Counted from the stretch's first letter, positions 19,115-29,589 are shown. The stretch is DNA of 64,000 nucleotides from an uncultured Gammaproteobacteria bacterium (GCA_964490105.1 CAZAZU010000001.1:580174-644173), one strand, 5' to 3'. The notes: a model not told the origin generated them from the sequence alone. Numbers and translations are program-made.

Positions 19115-19584
19115 CGTTTTGGAGATTGCTTCGCTCTTCTTGCTTTTCCACCAGTACCCACTTTTCTTCGCTCCCTAACTCTTGGATCTCTTGTTAAGAG
19201 TCCTTTTTTTCTAAGTGTTGGTTTAACAGTTTCATCCATTGCAGCTAGCGCACGAGAAACTCCTAAAACAAATGCTCCTAATTGAGATGTTGTTCCCCCA
19301 CCTGCTACTTTTGCAGTTATTGCATATTTATTTAGCACGTCTGCTGTTTTTAGTGGTTCTTCGTATGTAGCTTTTGCAATAACTCCGCCAAAATATTCAG
19401 AAATCATTCTTCCGTTTACAACTAAGTCACCTTTTTTAACAGCAATTTCTTCAAACTTTAATGAGTCAGTTACCTTAGGATATACTCTAACTCGAGCCAC
19501 TGCTGCACGACGTCGTCCTACTGCAAACATAAAGTCTTTATATTTCTTTGTTCCTCCAACTGTTGTTTTTAATTCTTCTGCCAT
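19111..19584 (-). CDS. rpsI: 30S ribosomal protein uS9
   Basis: Conserved uS9 core (GRRRAAVARVRVYP ... RRAKQSPKR). Start taken at the internal ATG (MAEEL) to avoid a 29-nt overlap with rplM. Confidence 0.9.
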   Translation of the reverse strand: MAEELKTTVGGTKKYKDFMFAVGRRRAAVARVRVYPKVTDSLKFEEIAVKKGDLVVNGRMISEYFGGVIAKATYEEPLKTADVLNKYAITAKVAGGGTTSQLGAFVLGVSRALAAMDETVKPTLRKKGLLTRDPRVRERRKVGTGGKARRAKQSPKR

Positions 19585-19585
19585 A

Positions 19586-20005
19586 TTAAGCGTTAGCTCC
19601 TTTGAATTTTTCATTATACTCGTGTTCCGAAGTTTCGTAAACCTTTAATCTTCCAAGCATTTGATCTCTTAATCTATTCTGAGGAAGCATGCCCTTTACT
19701 GCATGAACAATAATATCCTGTGATTTTCTGTTTCTCAAATCTCCCAAAACTTCCTCCTTAAATCCTCCTGGATATCCTGAATGGCGTCTATATAATTTTT
19801 TACTTTCTTTATTTCCTGTAACTTTTACTTTTTTAGAATTTGTAACGACCACAAAATCTCCGCAATCTAAATTTCTAACAAAATATGATTTCCCTTTTCC
19901 CATAAGAAGACCTGCAATCTCTGTGGAAACTCTTCCGAGAGTTTTTCCGTCAACATCAATTAAGTGCCATTCTCTTTTAATTTCGTTCGCTTTTGTTGCT
20001 TTCAT
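19586..20005 (-). CDS. rplM: 50S ribosomal protein uL13
   Basis: 139 aa: REWHLIDVDGKTLGRVSTEIAGLLMGKGK... Confidence 0.9.
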   Translation of the reverse strand: MKATKANEIKREWHLIDVDGKTLGRVSTEIAGLLMGKGKSYFVRNLDCGDFVVVTNSKKVKVTGNKESKKLYRRHSGYPGGFKEEVLGDLRNRKSQDIIVHAVKGMLPQNRLRDQMLGRLKVYETSEHEYNEKFKGANA

Positions 20006-20478
20006 TATTTTTTCTCCTTCTTTACAGCCTTTTTAGGTGCTTTCTTGGCTGATGGTTTTTTTGCTTCTTTTTTTGGCGCTGCGATCTTCTTAGCTTCCTT
20101 CTTTGGAGCAATGACCACCTCTTCTCCCTCTACCCATTCCATTATAGCCATTGAAGCATTATCGTTAAATCTTCTTCCTGTTTTTATGATTCTTGTGTAT
20201 CCTCCAGCTCTATTTTTAAATCTAGGAGCTACTTCATTTATCATTTTATCTACCAATTCCTGTTCTTTAATTATTCCCTTGAGAAGTCTTCTTGCATTAG
20301 CTTCATCTTTCTTAGCTTTAGTAACAATTTTTTCTACATCAGCTTTAATTGCTTTTGCTTTTTCTTCTGTTGTGGTAATTTTTCCGTGTAAAATCATTGC
20401 AGAAATAAGACCATTAAATAAGGCCTTTCTTTCATTAATATCTCTCTTAAATTTTCGTCCAAAAACTTGTTTTCTCAT
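20005..20478 (-). CDS. rplQ: 50S ribosomal protein bL17 with Lys/Ala-rich C-terminal tail
   Basis: 157 aa: GRKFKRDINERKALFNGLISAMILHGKITTTEEKAK... followed by AAPKKEAKKPSAKKAPKKAVKKEKK. Confidence 0.9.
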   Translation of the reverse strand: MRKQVFGRKFKRDINERKALFNGLISAMILHGKITTTEEKAKAIKADVEKIVTKAKKDEANARRLLKGIIKEQELVDKMINEVAPRFKNRAGGYTRIIKTGRRFNDNASMAIMEWVEGEEVVIAPKKEAKKIAAPKKEAKKPSAKKAPKKAVKKEKK

Positions 20479-20564
20479 TTATATACAATAAATGCCTGCC
20501 CGCAATACCTCTGTGCATGCGTTGCAGGCGGGGCACAATAAACGCCCATCAAACTTTTATTAAA

Positions 20565-21488
20565 TTAGGCAGATAACTCTATTCCCTTTTCCCTTAATTT
20601 TTCTTCAATAATAGAAATTGATTTTCCTCCCATGTTTCGCATGGAGATGAGATCTTTTCTTGGTGCTTCAACTAATTGACCTATTGTTTCAATTCCACCA
20701 TTTCTTAATGAGTTATAAATTCTAGTTGGTAAATCTAATTCATCGATTGTAAGCTTAAGCGTAGTGTCTGGAATATCTGACCTTACAGAATCTGACTCTA
20801 CATGATCCTGTGCTTTTGGCTCATATACCTGATGGAAATATGAATTTAGAGTTCTTGCAGCTTGATCTAGAGCATCTTTCGGAGAAACTACTCCATTTGT
20901 CCAAATACTTAAACTTAACTTATCTAAGTTGGTTTGTCTTCCAACACGTGTTGCTGAAACTGTAAAGTTTACTCTTTTTACTGGTGAATAGATTGCATCT
21001 GTTGGAATTACTCCTAGAGCTGAGCTTCTTCTTTCTTCAGAAAGAGAATATCCGTATCCTCTCTCAACTGTCATTTCTAATTCTAGCTTTGCCTTTTTGT
21101 CAGCAAGCGTTCCTATATAATGGTCTGGGTTAGCAACTTCTACATCTTCGGAAACTTCAAAGTCCTTAGCTGTAATTTCTTTTGGTCCTTTTACAGATAG
21201 CCTAACTATACTTTGATCTTTTGAATTTAAGAGTTTGAAGTTTAATCCTTTAACATTTAGAAGAAGGTCAACAACATTTTCCTTAAGACCTGGAATTGTT
21301 GAGAATCTGTGCTTTGCGCCATTTATCTTTACTGATGTTACTGCAACTCCTGGAATAGATATTAAAAGAACACGTCTTAAAGCTGTTCCCAGTGTGTGGC
21401 CATAGCCCGGCTCCAAAGGTTCAATTACGAACTCTCCGTAGTCGTTTGTAAGCTTTTCCGCGGTAACTTTGAAATTAGGTTCTGTCAT
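20565..21488 (-). CDS. rpoA: DNA-directed RNA polymerase subunit alpha
   Basis: 307 aa. N-terminal domain (GYGHTLGTALRRVLLISIPG) and C-terminal alpha-CTD (LDLPTRIYNSLRNGGIETIGQL). Confidence 0.9.
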   Translation of the reverse strand: MTEPNFKVTAEKLTNDYGEFVIEPLEPGYGHTLGTALRRVLLISIPGVAVTSVKINGAKHRFSTIPGLKENVVDLLLNVKGLNFKLLNSKDQSIVRLSVKGPKEITAKDFEVSEDVEVANPDHYIGTLADKKAKLELEMTVERGYGYSLSEERRSSALGVIPTDAIYSPVKRVNFTVSATRVGRQTNLDKLSLSIWTNGVVSPKDALDQAARTLNSYFHQVYEPKAQDHVESDSVRSDIPDTTLKLTIDELDLPTRIYNSLRNGGIETIGQLVEAPRKDLISMRNMGGKSISIIEEKLREKGIELSA

Positions 21489-21505
21489 AAAGATTTATTC
21501 TACCA

Positions 21506-22108
21506 TTATCTGGAATAATATTCAATAATCAATTGGGTATTAAAAGGGACCTCTAGATCTTCTTTTTTTGGCATTCTTAAGAGCTTTCCCACGCTTCCTT
21601 TACGCTCAACATATGGAACAAAGTCTTTCTTTTCTTCCATAGCCTGTAATATTAAAGGATTTGTTTGTGATTTTGCGTTAATAGAAACTATATCATCTGC
21701 TTTAAGCTGGTATGACGGAATATTTATTTTTTTATCGTTTACTAATACATGTCCGTGAGAAACCAACTGTCTTGCTCCAGCCCTTGACTTTGAAAATCCT
21801 AATCTGTAAACCACGTTATCAAGTCTTGTCTCAAGAAGTGCTACTAAGAGCTCTCCTGTTTCGTCTTTTTGAGTTTCAGCATATTGGAAAAGCTTTTTGA
21901 ACTGTTTCTCTAATATTCCATATGCTACTTTCGCTTTTTGTTTCTCTCTAAGCTGAGCTCCGTATTCTGAAATTCTTTTCTTTCTTTTTCTAGCGTGCTG
22001 TCCAGGCGGAATATTAAGTCTTCTTGCTAGTGAATTAGATGTCTTATCTAATACATTTACTCCTTCTCGTCTTGCTAATTTATGTTTTGGTCCAGTATAT
22101 CTTGCCAT
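21506..22108 (-). CDS. rpsD: 30S ribosomal protein uS4
   Basis: 200 aa: MARYTGPKHKLARREG... and LDNVVYRLGFSKSRAGARQLVSHGHVLVN. Confidence 0.9.
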   Translation of the reverse strand: MARYTGPKHKLARREGVNVLDKTSNSLARRLNIPPGQHARKRKKRISEYGAQLREKQKAKVAYGILEKQFKKLFQYAETQKDETGELLVALLETRLDNVVYRLGFSKSRAGARQLVSHGHVLVNDKKINIPSYQLKADDIVSINAKSQTNPLILQAMEEKKDFVPYVERKGSVGKLLRMPKKEDLEVPFNTQLIIEYYSR

Positions 22109-22113
22109 AAAAA

Positions 22114-22512
22114 TTAAATCCTTCTTTTCTTACTTGCTCTTGGTCCATTGTGTGGAATCGGTGTGATATCTGCAATTTGAAGAATTGAAAGTCCTGCACT
22201 TTTAATAGCGCGCAAAGCTGAATCTCTTCCAGCCCCTGGTCCTTTTACATAAACTTCAACACTTTTCATTCCTCCAGCAATTGCTTTCCTAGCTACAGCT
22301 TCTACTGCAGTGGTTGCTGCGAATGGTGTAGATTTTCTTGTTCCCTTAAATCCTGAAGCTCCTGCTGAAGACCAACCTACAGTGTCACCTTTATTATTTG
22401 TAAATGTAACAAGCGTATTGTTAAAAGTTGCAGTAATATAAACTTTACCGTTTTCAGTAATTCTACTGACTTTTTTCTTTGTTACTGATTTTTTAACTTC
22501 TGTTTTTGCCAT
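22114..22512 (-). CDS. rpsK: 30S ribosomal protein uS11
   Basis: 132 aa: [23 protein letters not shown]...DITPIPHNG. Confidence 0.9.
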   Translation of the reverse strand: MAKTEVKKSVTKKKVSRITENGKVYITATFNNTLVTFTNNKGDTVGWSSAGASGFKGTRKSTPFAATTAVEAVARKAIAGGMKSVEVYVKGPGAGRDSALRAIKSAGLSILQIADITPIPHNGPRASKKRRI

Positions 22513-22514
22513 AG

Positions 22515-22925
22515 TTATTTAGTATCTAGTCCCATTTTTGTTGCTACTTCTTTCTTGATAGCTCCAATTGTGACTCTCTTTCCTCTCTTAGTTCTAGCAT
22601 TTGATCTTGTTCTTTGACCTCTTGCTGGTAAATTTCTAGCATGTCTCATTCCTCTGTAAGCACCAATATCTTTAAGTCTTCTGATGTTAGCATTTACTTC
22701 TGTTCTTAAGTCTCCTTCAATTTTATATCCTTCAAGAGCCTGCTGAATTCTCTTTTGCTCTTCTTCAGTTAAAGTATTTACTCTTTTTGCTCCATCTACC
22801 TTAGCTTTTTCAAGAATTTCAAAAACATTACTTCTTCCTACTCCATAAATATAGCCTAGCGCTATTTCTAATTTCTTTTCTTCTGGTATTGTTACTCCTG
22901 AAATTCTCATATTATTTTTTTTCAA
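22515..22925 (-). CDS. rpsM: 30S ribosomal protein uS13
   Basis: 136 aa: [25 protein letters not shown]...[16 protein letters not shown]. Confidence 0.9.
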   Translation of the reverse strand: MKKNNMRISGVTIPEEKKLEIALGYIYGVGRSNVFEILEKAKVDGAKRVNTLTEEEQKRIQQALEGYKIEGDLRTEVNANIRRLKDIGAYRGMRHARNLPARGQRTRSNARTKRGKRVTIGAIKKEVATKMGLDTK

Positions 22926-22952
22926 ACCCTGAGCCTGCCGAACGGGTCATAA

Positions 22953-23066
22953 TTAACCTTGTCTTTGCTTATGTCTGGGATTATCACAAATAATCCTAAC
23001 GACTCCACGTCTTTTAATTACTTTACATTTTGTGCATCTTGGTCCGACACTTGCTTGTACTTTCAT
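22953..23066 (-). CDS. rpmJ: 50S ribosomal protein bL36
   Basis: Unlisted small ORF translated by hand: [37 protein letters not shown] (37 aa), a classic L36 with a Zn-ribbon. Confidence 0.85.
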   Translation of the reverse strand: MKVQASVGPRCTKCKVIKRRGVVRIICDNPRHKQRQG

Positions 23067-23067
23067 G

Positions 23068-23286
23068 TTATTTTAACCTAAAGGTAATCCTTCCTTTTAA
23101 CTCATCATATGGTGTCATTTCTACTCTTACTCTATCTCCTGGCAAAATCTTAATAAAATGCATTCTCATTTTTCCTGAGAGATGGCAAATGATGATTCTA
23201 CCGTCCGGAAGCTCCACCCTAAACAATGTATTAGGCAGAGATTCCAAGACTTTTCCTTCTATTTCAAACGACCCCTGATGTGCCAT
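23068..23286 (-). CDS. infA: Translation initiation factor IF-1
   Basis: 72 aa: [51 protein letters not shown]. Confidence 0.9.
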   Translation of the reverse strand: MAHQGSFEIEGKVLESLPNTLFRVELPDGRIIICHLSGKMRMHFIKILPGDRVRVEMTPYDELKGRITFRLK

Positions 23287-23391
23287 AAAAAAAATTCAAA
23301 ACTAAACCTCATTTGAACCTGAGGTTACAATCTTGAGATTTTGTTTTGATATTATATCAAACAAGCCTATAAAGAGCAACCTGCAGCCTGC

Positions 23392-24150
23392 CTATTTAGT
23401 TAAAATTAATGGACCATCTTTAGTTATTGCAATAGTTCTCTCGAATAACCCAGAAAGTGATCCATCCGAGCTTGAAATTGTCCAATTATCGTCATTTAGG
23501 TATGACACTTCAAAGCTTCCCATGTTATAAATAACCTCAATTGCTATAGTCATTCCTTCTCTTAAAGCCGGGGTTTTTTCAATTTTTTTAATTAAATACC
23601 CTGGAACCTCAGGCTCTTCATGTAGCTCTCGGCCCACTCCATGACCAATTAGAGTTCTTACAACTCCATATCCGCCGTCTTTTTCTACAATATCTTGGAT
23701 AGTTTTGGAGATATGACCTATCCGATTTCCAATAACAGCCTGTTTTATAGCCTCATTCAGCGCTTTTTCACCAGTTGCCAGGAATTTAACGACTGATGGA
23801 TCTTTTTTCTTTCCAACTATGATTGAGTGCGACATATCTGTATTAAATCCTTTATAAAAAACCCCACAATCAATTCCAGCTATATCTCCATCTTTATACC
23901 TATAATCGCTAGGGATTCCGTGAACTACTACATTATTTGTAGAAATGCATGTCGCATGCTTGTATCCTTTTACTCTCTTAAACGCAGCTTCTCCACCCTT
24001 TTCAGTGATCAAACGGTCAGCTAGAGCCTCGACTTCATTCTCAGTAACCCCAGGCTTAACATTCTCTAGAACTTCCCACAACACATCAGAGAGAATTTTC
24101 CCTCCATGTTTCATAATCTCAATTTCTTCTGGTGTCTTTATATCAATCAT
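23392..24150 (-). CDS. map: Methionine aminopeptidase type I
   Basis: 252 aa: VTENEVEALADRLI..., the metal ligands DIAGIDCGV and HGIPSD, and GHGVGRELHEEP. Confidence 0.9.
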   Translation of the reverse strand: MIDIKTPEEIEIMKHGGKILSDVLWEVLENVKPGVTENEVEALADRLITEKGGEAAFKRVKGYKHATCISTNNVVVHGIPSDYRYKDGDIAGIDCGVFYKGFNTDMSHSIIVGKKKDPSVVKFLATGEKALNEAIKQAVIGNRIGHISKTIQDIVEKDGGYGVVRTLIGHGVGRELHEEPEVPGYLIKKIEKTPALREGMTIAIEVIYNMGSFEVSYLNDDNWTISSSDGSLSGLFERTIAITKDGPLILTK

Positions 24151-24694
24151 TTAATTCTTCTTTTAAAAACTCTTCGATTTTTCTATAAAATTCTTCCTTT
24201 GTTCCTTCATTTTTTATAAGATAGTCTGAGTAAGCAATTGGTCCACCTTTATTTAGCTTCTCAATTTCATCAGTATCTCTTTTCTCAGCTTCCTCCTCAG
24301 TAAAGGATCGTTCCTTTCTTTCCAATAATCTTTGATGACGAATGGTGGGTTTAGCATAAACTGCAAGTAAATATAGATTTGGAATTTCTTCTTTTAAAAA
24401 TGTGTACTCTTCCCAAGAATAAAGCCCATCCAGTATTGTTTTTTTATTATTTGAGATAGCCTGTTTTATTTTTGGAAGTAACTTAATCGCTACGGCATTC
24501 ATCCCAAGCTCGTTTCTTATCTTTTTTCTATAATAAGATTCGTTTTCGGCAGTTCTTTCTAATCCTTCTTCCGCAAGCCCGTCAATAATGACAGAACCAA
24601 AATAAACACGCTCAAAACCTTTGCTTATAAAGTAACTACTAGCCTCACTTTTCCCAGCTCCCGGCATCCCAACAATTGCAATTACTTTATTCAT
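24143..24694 (-). CDS. P-loop nucleoside/nucleotide kinase-like protein (dephospho-CoA-kinase / cytidylate-kinase-like), specificity unknown
   Basis: 183 aa. Walker A IVGMPGAGKSE. Sits in the position where many genomes carry a second kinase next to adk. Confidence 0.45.
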   Translation of the reverse strand: MNKVIAIVGMPGAGKSEASSYFISKGFERVYFGSVIIDGLAEEGLERTAENESYYRKKIRNELGMNAVAIKLLPKIKQAISNNKKTILDGLYSWEEYTFLKEEIPNLYLLAVYAKPTIRHQRLLERKERSFTEEEAEKRDTDEIEKLNKGGPIAYSDYLIKNEGTKEEFYRKIEEFLKEELND

Positions 24695-25233
24695 GAGGAC
24701 TTTCCAATATTCTTGAGAATTTCTTTAGAGATTTCTTCAACTGGCTGTTCCCCGTCGATTTCCACTAATTTTCCTTTTTCTTTGTAGTACTCAATTACTG
24801 GTTCTGTAAATTTATGGAAAAGATCGATCCTTTTTCTGATTGCGATTAATGTTTCATCTTCCCTTTCTGCTTCTCGTCCTGAGATTCTCCAAAGGGCCTC
24901 TTTGTCAGAAATTTTCAAATAAACTACTTTATCGATTCCATTCTTAAACTCCTTAGCTTGAACTAAGGTTCTGGGATAACCATCCATAATGTAACCTTTG
25001 TCATATTCAGGACGTGAAAGATATTCGCTAACAATTTTATTTGTCTTTTTATCTGAAATTAGAAGTCCAGCATTCATAACCAATTTTATTTGACGTCCTA
25101 AAGTAGTGTGCTCCTTAGCCAGATTTCTAAAAATGTGTCCCGTAGAAAGGTAGGGAATACCCAGCTTTTCAGAAAGAATATTTCCCTGTGTAGATTTTCC
25201 TGATCCTTGAATTCCAATTAAAATTAACTTCAT
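24691..25233 (-). CDS. adk: Adenylate kinase, short form without Zn lid
   Basis: ILIGIQGSGKSTQGNILSEKLGIPYLSTGHIFR. Start taken at ATG (MKLILIG) rather than the GTG at 25242. Confidence 0.85.
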   Translation of the reverse strand: MKLILIGIQGSGKSTQGNILSEKLGIPYLSTGHIFRNLAKEHTTLGRQIKLVMNAGLLISDKKTNKIVSEYLSRPEYDKGYIMDGYPRTLVQAKEFKNGIDKVVYLKISDKEALWRISGREAEREDETLIAIRKRIDLFHKFTEPVIEYYKEKGKLVEIDGEQPVEEISKEILKNIGKSS

Positions 25234-25257
25234 AAAAATCACCCCTTAGTGTATTAG

Positions 25258-26544
25258 TTACTTTTGGTAACCTTCATAGTTTTTCATGACCAATTGCGCT
25301 TCAATCGACTTAATAGTTTCTAAAACTACTGACACAACGATAAGTATTCCTGTTCCTCCAAGTAAAAGTGTCTGAACATTTGTTACGGATCTTCCTAGTA
25401 CCGGAAGAATTGCGACAAGTCCTAAGAATATGGCTCCGCCTGAAGTAATTCTAGATAAAACATATCCCAAATATTTCGCAGTTTCCGTTCCCGGTCTAAT
25501 TCCAGGAATAAATCCTCCCTGTTTTTGAATTTCTTCGGAAATCTTTTTTGGATTAAATACAACCGCTGTGTAGAAATAAGTAAATACAACAACTAAAACA
25601 AAGTATAAAACATTATAAATTCCCCCATCTGGATTAAACCAAATAGCTATATTTGTAGCAAAATTTCTTAAAGCAGGATTTGTAGAAGCAGTTAAATAAT
25701 TTGCAAAAAGACTTGGAAGAAGTACAAGTGATACCGCAAAAATAATCGGAATTACTCCAGCCTGATTCAACCTCAATGGAAGATGTGTTGATTGACCGCC
25801 ATACATCTTATTTCCCCTAACTCTTCTTGCGTAATTTATAGTTATTCTTCTTGTTGCTTCATTTACAACCACAATTAAAGAAATCACTACAAGCCCCATA
25901 ACTGCAAAACTTAGTACGCTAAAAAGATTTTGAGAAGAAGTAGTGGTAAGAGTTTGGCCAAGAATTACTGGAAGTCTTCCTACGATACCTGCAAAAATTA
26001 TAATTGAAATTCCATTTCCGACACCTTTTTCCGTAATAAGTTCTCCAAGCCAGACAAGAAGCATGGTTCCCGCAGTCATCGTTAAAATAAAAGATACGAT
26101 CTCAATAGGATTATTCATAGAGATTATTCCCTGACTTTTAAGAAGCGCAAACATTCCAACAGCTTGTACTGCAGCCAAAGGAACCGTTAAAAATCTAGTG
26201 TATTGATTTATTTTTTGTCGTCCTGCTTCGCCTTCTTTTTGAAGCGCCTCAAGCTTTGGGAAAACCAAAGCTCCCAGATTCATAATAATGGACGCATTAA
26301 TATATGGATTAAGTCCTAGCGCCATCACAGAAAAATTGGCTAAAGTTCCACCCGAAAAAATGTCTAATAAACCAAGAAGTTGGTTTTGAGCGAAAAGTGC
26401 CTTCAATTGAACGAGGTCTACGCCTGAAACGGGGATGTGTGCAAAAACGCGGAATACTATGAGAATAAATGCCGTAAAAAGTATCTTTCGTCGGACGTCT
26501 GGGGCCCTGAAACTGTTTTTAAATAATCTTAAAAGGTTCTCCAT
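25258..26544 (-). CDS. secY: Preprotein translocase subunit SecY
   Basis: 428 aa, 10 [29 protein letters not shown] is a SecY signature. Confidence 0.9.
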   Translation of the reverse strand: MENLLRLFKNSFRAPDVRRKILFTAFILIVFRVFAHIPVSGVDLVQLKALFAQNQLLGLLDIFSGGTLANFSVMALGLNPYINASIIMNLGALVFPKLEALQKEGEAGRQKINQYTRFLTVPLAAVQAVGMFALLKSQGIISMNNPIEIVSFILTMTAGTMLLVWLGELITEKGVGNGISIIIFAGIVGRLPVILGQTLTTTSSQNLFSVLSFAVMGLVVISLIVVVNEATRRITINYARRVRGNKMYGGQSTHLPLRLNQAGVIPIIFAVSLVLLPSLFANYLTASTNPALRNFATNIAIWFNPDGGIYNVLYFVLVVVFTYFYTAVVFNPKKISEEIQKQGGFIPGIRPGTETAKYLGYVLSRITSGGAIFLGLVAILPVLGRSVTNVQTLLLGGTGILIVVSVVLETIKSIEAQLVMKNYEGYQK

Positions 26545-26557
26545 TTAAACTTCCGGG

Positions 26558-27010
26558 CTATTTTTTTTCGCTTACTTCGAGTTTTCCGCCTGCTTTTTCT
26601 ATTTTCTTAAGTGCACTTTTTGAGATAGCAACTTTTATAGTTAATGCTTCTTTAATTTCTCCGTCTCCTAATATCTTAACACCAAATTCTTTTGCGTCTT
26701 CAGCTTTAACTATTTTATTTTTTATAAGAGACTCTAAGTCAACAACCTGACCTTTTTTGTATCCCTCAAGATGTTTTAAATTAACAACTAATGGAACATT
26801 TCTAAAACTTTTATTTCTACCTTTTCCTCTTCTGAATGGAAGTCTTTTAATTAAAGGCAAAGCTCCTCCTTCAAAATATGTTGGAACTTTATTTCTTGCT
26901 TTTTGTCCTTTTGTTCCGCGACCCGAAGTTTTAACTTTTCCAGAACCGTGTCCTTGTCCAAGTCTTTTTTTAGTCGGATGTTTTATTTTTTGTAAACTAT
27001 GAAGTGCCAT
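26558..27010 (-). CDS. rplO: 50S ribosomal protein uL15
   Basis: 150 aa: KRLGQGHGSGKVKTSGRGTKGQKAR. Follows rpsE directly, with no L30 gene between. Confidence 0.9.
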   Translation of the reverse strand: MALHSLQKIKHPTKKRLGQGHGSGKVKTSGRGTKGQKARNKVPTYFEGGALPLIKRLPFRRGKGRNKSFRNVPLVVNLKHLEGYKKGQVVDLESLIKNKIVKAEDAKEFGVKILGDGEIKEALTIKVAISKSALKKIEKAGGKLEVSEKK

Positions 27011-27510
27011 TATTTAGATTTCCTTTCTTGTTCTCTTTTATATCTTATTGATAAAAGCCTTAGTGCTTCAACTGCTGCATAAACATTACTTGCCTGATTT
27101 TTTGTTCCAAGTACTTTTGAAGAAATGTTTTGAATTCCAGCTGCTGACACAACGCTTCTAACAGCTCCTCCAGCAATTACACCTGATCCAGGAGGCGCTG
27201 GCTTAAGAAGAACTTTTGCAGCTCCCAATTTTATATAAAATTCAAAAGGAATAGTTCCATTAATAATCGGTACTTCAACTAAATTTTTCTTTCCAGCGAG
27301 TACTCCTTTTTTAATTGCTGAAGAAACATCTGGAGCTTTTCCAAGTCCAACTCCAACTTTTCCTTTTCTATCTCCTACAACTGCGATTACTGAAAATCCA
27401 ATTTTGTTTCCACCTTTTGTTTTCTTAGACACACGACTTACCTGAACAATTTTTTCCTCAAACTCGTCTGATCGTCTATCTATTTGATTTGTAAAATTTG
27501 CATCAGCCAT
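27010..27510 (-). CDS. rpsE: 30S ribosomal protein uS5
   Basis: 166 aa: VSRVSKKTKGGNKIGFSVIAVVGDRKGKVGVGLGKA. Confidence 0.9.
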   Translation of the reverse strand: MADANFTNQIDRRSDEFEEKIVQVSRVSKKTKGGNKIGFSVIAVVGDRKGKVGVGLGKAPDVSSAIKKGVLAGKKNLVEVPIINGTIPFEFYIKLGAAKVLLKPAPPGSGVIAGGAVRSVVSAAGIQNISSKVLGTKNQASNVYAAVEALRLLSIRYKREQERKSK

Positions 27511-27512
27511 AT

Positions 27513-27848
27513 TTAGAACTGGATACCTCCCTCTCTTAGTCCTTCTGCGATACTCTTAACTCTACCATGATATCTATAGCTTCCTCTATCAAAAACTATT
27601 TTTGTAATTTTTTTTGCCTTTAATTTAGTTGCCATTTCAAGTCCTAGTGCTTTTGCACTCTCAACTTTTGTTCCTTTTGTTTTTAGATTTTTTTGACTCA
27701 TTCCAACTAACGTAACTCCCTTAACATCATCAATAAGTTGTGCTGAAACATATTTATTAGATCTAGAAACTGTTAATCTTGGCCTGTCAGCGCTAGATGT
27801 AATATTTTTTCTTGTCCTTAATTGTCGTCTTGTTTTAGTTGCGTTCAT
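27513..27848 (-). CDS. rplR: 50S ribosomal protein uL18
   Basis: 111 aa: RPRLTVSRSNKYVSAQLIDD...FDRGSYRYHGRVKSIAEGLREGG. Confidence 0.9.
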   Translation of the reverse strand: MNATKTRRQLRTRKNITSSADRPRLTVSRSNKYVSAQLIDDVKGVTLVGMSQKNLKTKGTKVESAKALGLEMATKLKAKKITKIVFDRGSYRYHGRVKSIAEGLREGGIQF

Positions 27849-27849
27849 A

Positions 27850-28407
27850 TTATTTTGCTCCTGCAGCTCCTACTGCTTTTGCTGCTTTTCCAACTTTTCT
27901 TCTAATTCTTTCTCCCTGATATTTAATTCCTTTTCCTTTGTATGGCTCAGGAGGACGCACAGCTCTAACTTCTGCTGCTACATTTCCTACAATTGCTTTA
28001 TCTACTCCACTTACAGTAACTACATTTTCCTCTACTGAAAATGTAATGGTAGGATCTGCCTTAATAATAACTGGATGAGAAAATCCTACTGCTAATGTTA
28101 AGGTATTTCCAGATGCTTGCGCTCTATATCCTACTCCAGTCATTTCAAGTTTTTTAGAAAATCCAACACTTACTCCTTTTACCATATTTGCTACATATGC
28201 TCTAACAAGTCCTGATAAAGCTCTAGATTTTTCAGTTTGATCAGTTGTTGTTACCAAAACATTTCCTTCTTCAATTTTTACAGCAACACCATTTGGAATT
28301 GAAAAAGAAAGATTTCCCTTAGATCCCGCAACTTTTACAACATTGTTTTCTAGAGTAATCTGTACTCCTTCTTTTACTTCGACTGGTATTTTAGCAATTT
28401 TTGACAT
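27850..28407 (-). CDS. rplF: 50S ribosomal protein uL6
   Basis: 185 aa: MSKIAKIPVEVKEGV...KGKGIKYQGE. Confidence 0.9.
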   Translation of the reverse strand: MSKIAKIPVEVKEGVQITLENNVVKVAGSKGNLSFSIPNGVAVKIEEGNVLVTTTDQTEKSRALSGLVRAYVANMVKGVSVGFSKKLEMTGVGYRAQASGNTLTLAVGFSHPVIIKADPTITFSVEENVVTVSGVDKAIVGNVAAEVRAVRPPEPYKGKGIKYQGERIRRKVGKAAKAVGAAGAK

Positions 28408-28446
28408 ATGAATATTTTATTTGTTCGTTATTTATAGTTTTTAAAA

Positions 28447-28839
28447 CTACCAAATTTCGAACAATATTTCCCCTCCTAATCCTTTCTTTTTAGCGTCATA
28501 TCCACTCATTACACCCTGACTCGTTGACAGGACCACCTTGTGTCTTCCTCTTCTTTCAATATCATTTATTTTCTTTGATGGCTTATAAACTCTTAATGAT
28601 GGTTTTGAAATAACAATTACATTTGATAAAACTGGTGTTCTTTTTTCATAAGAAATTACAGCATGTAATCCTCTCTTAGCTCCATCTTTAGTCTCTTTAA
28701 TTTCTGTTAAGAATCCTTCTTTTTGTAATACTTTTCCAATTTCTTTATTAATATTTGAATATGGAAGATCTACTTCACGTCTTCTTGCAAGTGAAGCATT
28801 TTTTATTCTAATTAAAAAGTCCGATACTGAATGATTCAT
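28447..28839 (-). CDS. rpsH: 30S ribosomal protein uS8
   Basis: 130 aa: SDFLIRIKNASLARRREVDLPYS...GGEILFEIW. Confidence 0.9.
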   Translation of the reverse strand: MNHSVSDFLIRIKNASLARRREVDLPYSNINKEIGKVLQKEGFLTEIKETKDGAKRGLHAVISYEKRTPVLSNVIVISKPSLRVYKPSKKINDIERRGRHKVVLSTSQGVMSGYDAKKKGLGGEILFEIW

Positions 28840-28855
28840 AATTTTATTTTAATAC

Positions 28856-29041
28856 TTACCAGCTTGCCTTTGTTACCCCTGGTAATTCTCCTTTCGACGC
28901 TAGTTCTCTAAAACAAATTCTACATATTCCAAATTTTCTCATAAATGATCTGTTTCTTCCGCAAATATTACAGACACTTTTAGAACGTGTACTATATTTT
29001 GGTTTTCTTCTAGCGCTAACTGTATTTGATGTTTTTGCCAT
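28856..29041 (-). CDS. rpsZ: 30S ribosomal protein uS14, zinc-binding type Z
   Basis: 61 aa with CxxC...CxxC (CNICGR...CRICFRE). Confidence 0.9.
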   Translation of the reverse strand: MAKTSNTVSARRKPKYSTRSKSVCNICGRNRSFMRKFGICRICFRELASKGELPGVTKASW

Positions 29042-29044
29042 ATA

Positions 29045-29587
29045 TTATTTTTGAAAAGGCATTCCTAACGAACGCAGGAGAGCCATTCCTTCCTCATTTG
29101 TTTTTGCACTTGTAACAATTGTTATCTCAAGTCCCTGTTGTGCTTTATCTAATTTTGATGGATCGATTTCCGGAAAAACAATTGGCTCAGAAAAACCTAA
29201 TGAATAATTTCCGCGTCCATCAAAACTTTTTACACTTACTCCTCTAAAATCTCTTAAGCGAGGAAGAACGATACCAACTAATTTTTCATAAAAATCATAC
29301 ATTCTTTTTCCTCTTAGAGTTACCGCTGCTCCAATCTTATCTCCTTCTCTTAATTTAAAGGTAGCGATAGATTTTTTAGCAGCTGTAACTTTTGGTTTTT
29401 GCCCCGTAATCTGAGTTATGATATTTACAGCATTTTCTACATTTTTTTTATCAGCTAAAGCATCTTTAACTCCGATGTTAACTACTATTTTTTTAAGCTT
29501 TGGTGTTGCGAGAGAGTTCTTTATTTCAAGCTCTTTCTGCAAATCCAATGCTATTTTTGTATTAAATCTTGTCATTAAATTATCCAT
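29045..29587 (-). CDS. rplE: 50S ribosomal protein uL5
   Basis: 180 aa: RFNTKIALDLQKEL...GAAVTLRGKRMYDFYEKLV. Confidence 0.9.
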   Translation of the reverse strand: MDNLMTRFNTKIALDLQKELEIKNSLATPKLKKIVVNIGVKDALADKKNVENAVNIITQITGQKPKVTAAKKSIATFKLREGDKIGAAVTLRGKRMYDFYEKLVGIVLPRLRDFRGVSVKSFDGRGNYSLGFSEPIVFPEIDPSKLDKAQQGLEITIVTSAKTNEEGMALLRSLGMPFQK

Positions 29588-29589
29588 AG

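Noticed and set aside
19964-20491. 175-aa + strand ORF with Phe/Ala/Leu-rich sequence
   Set aside because: Antisense to rplQ, and its low complexity mirrors the Lys/Ala-rich tail of L17. A shadow ORF.
23030-23278. 82-aa + strand ORF
   Set aside because: Overlaps rpmJ and infA on the opposite strand; both are confidently identified by conserved sequence.
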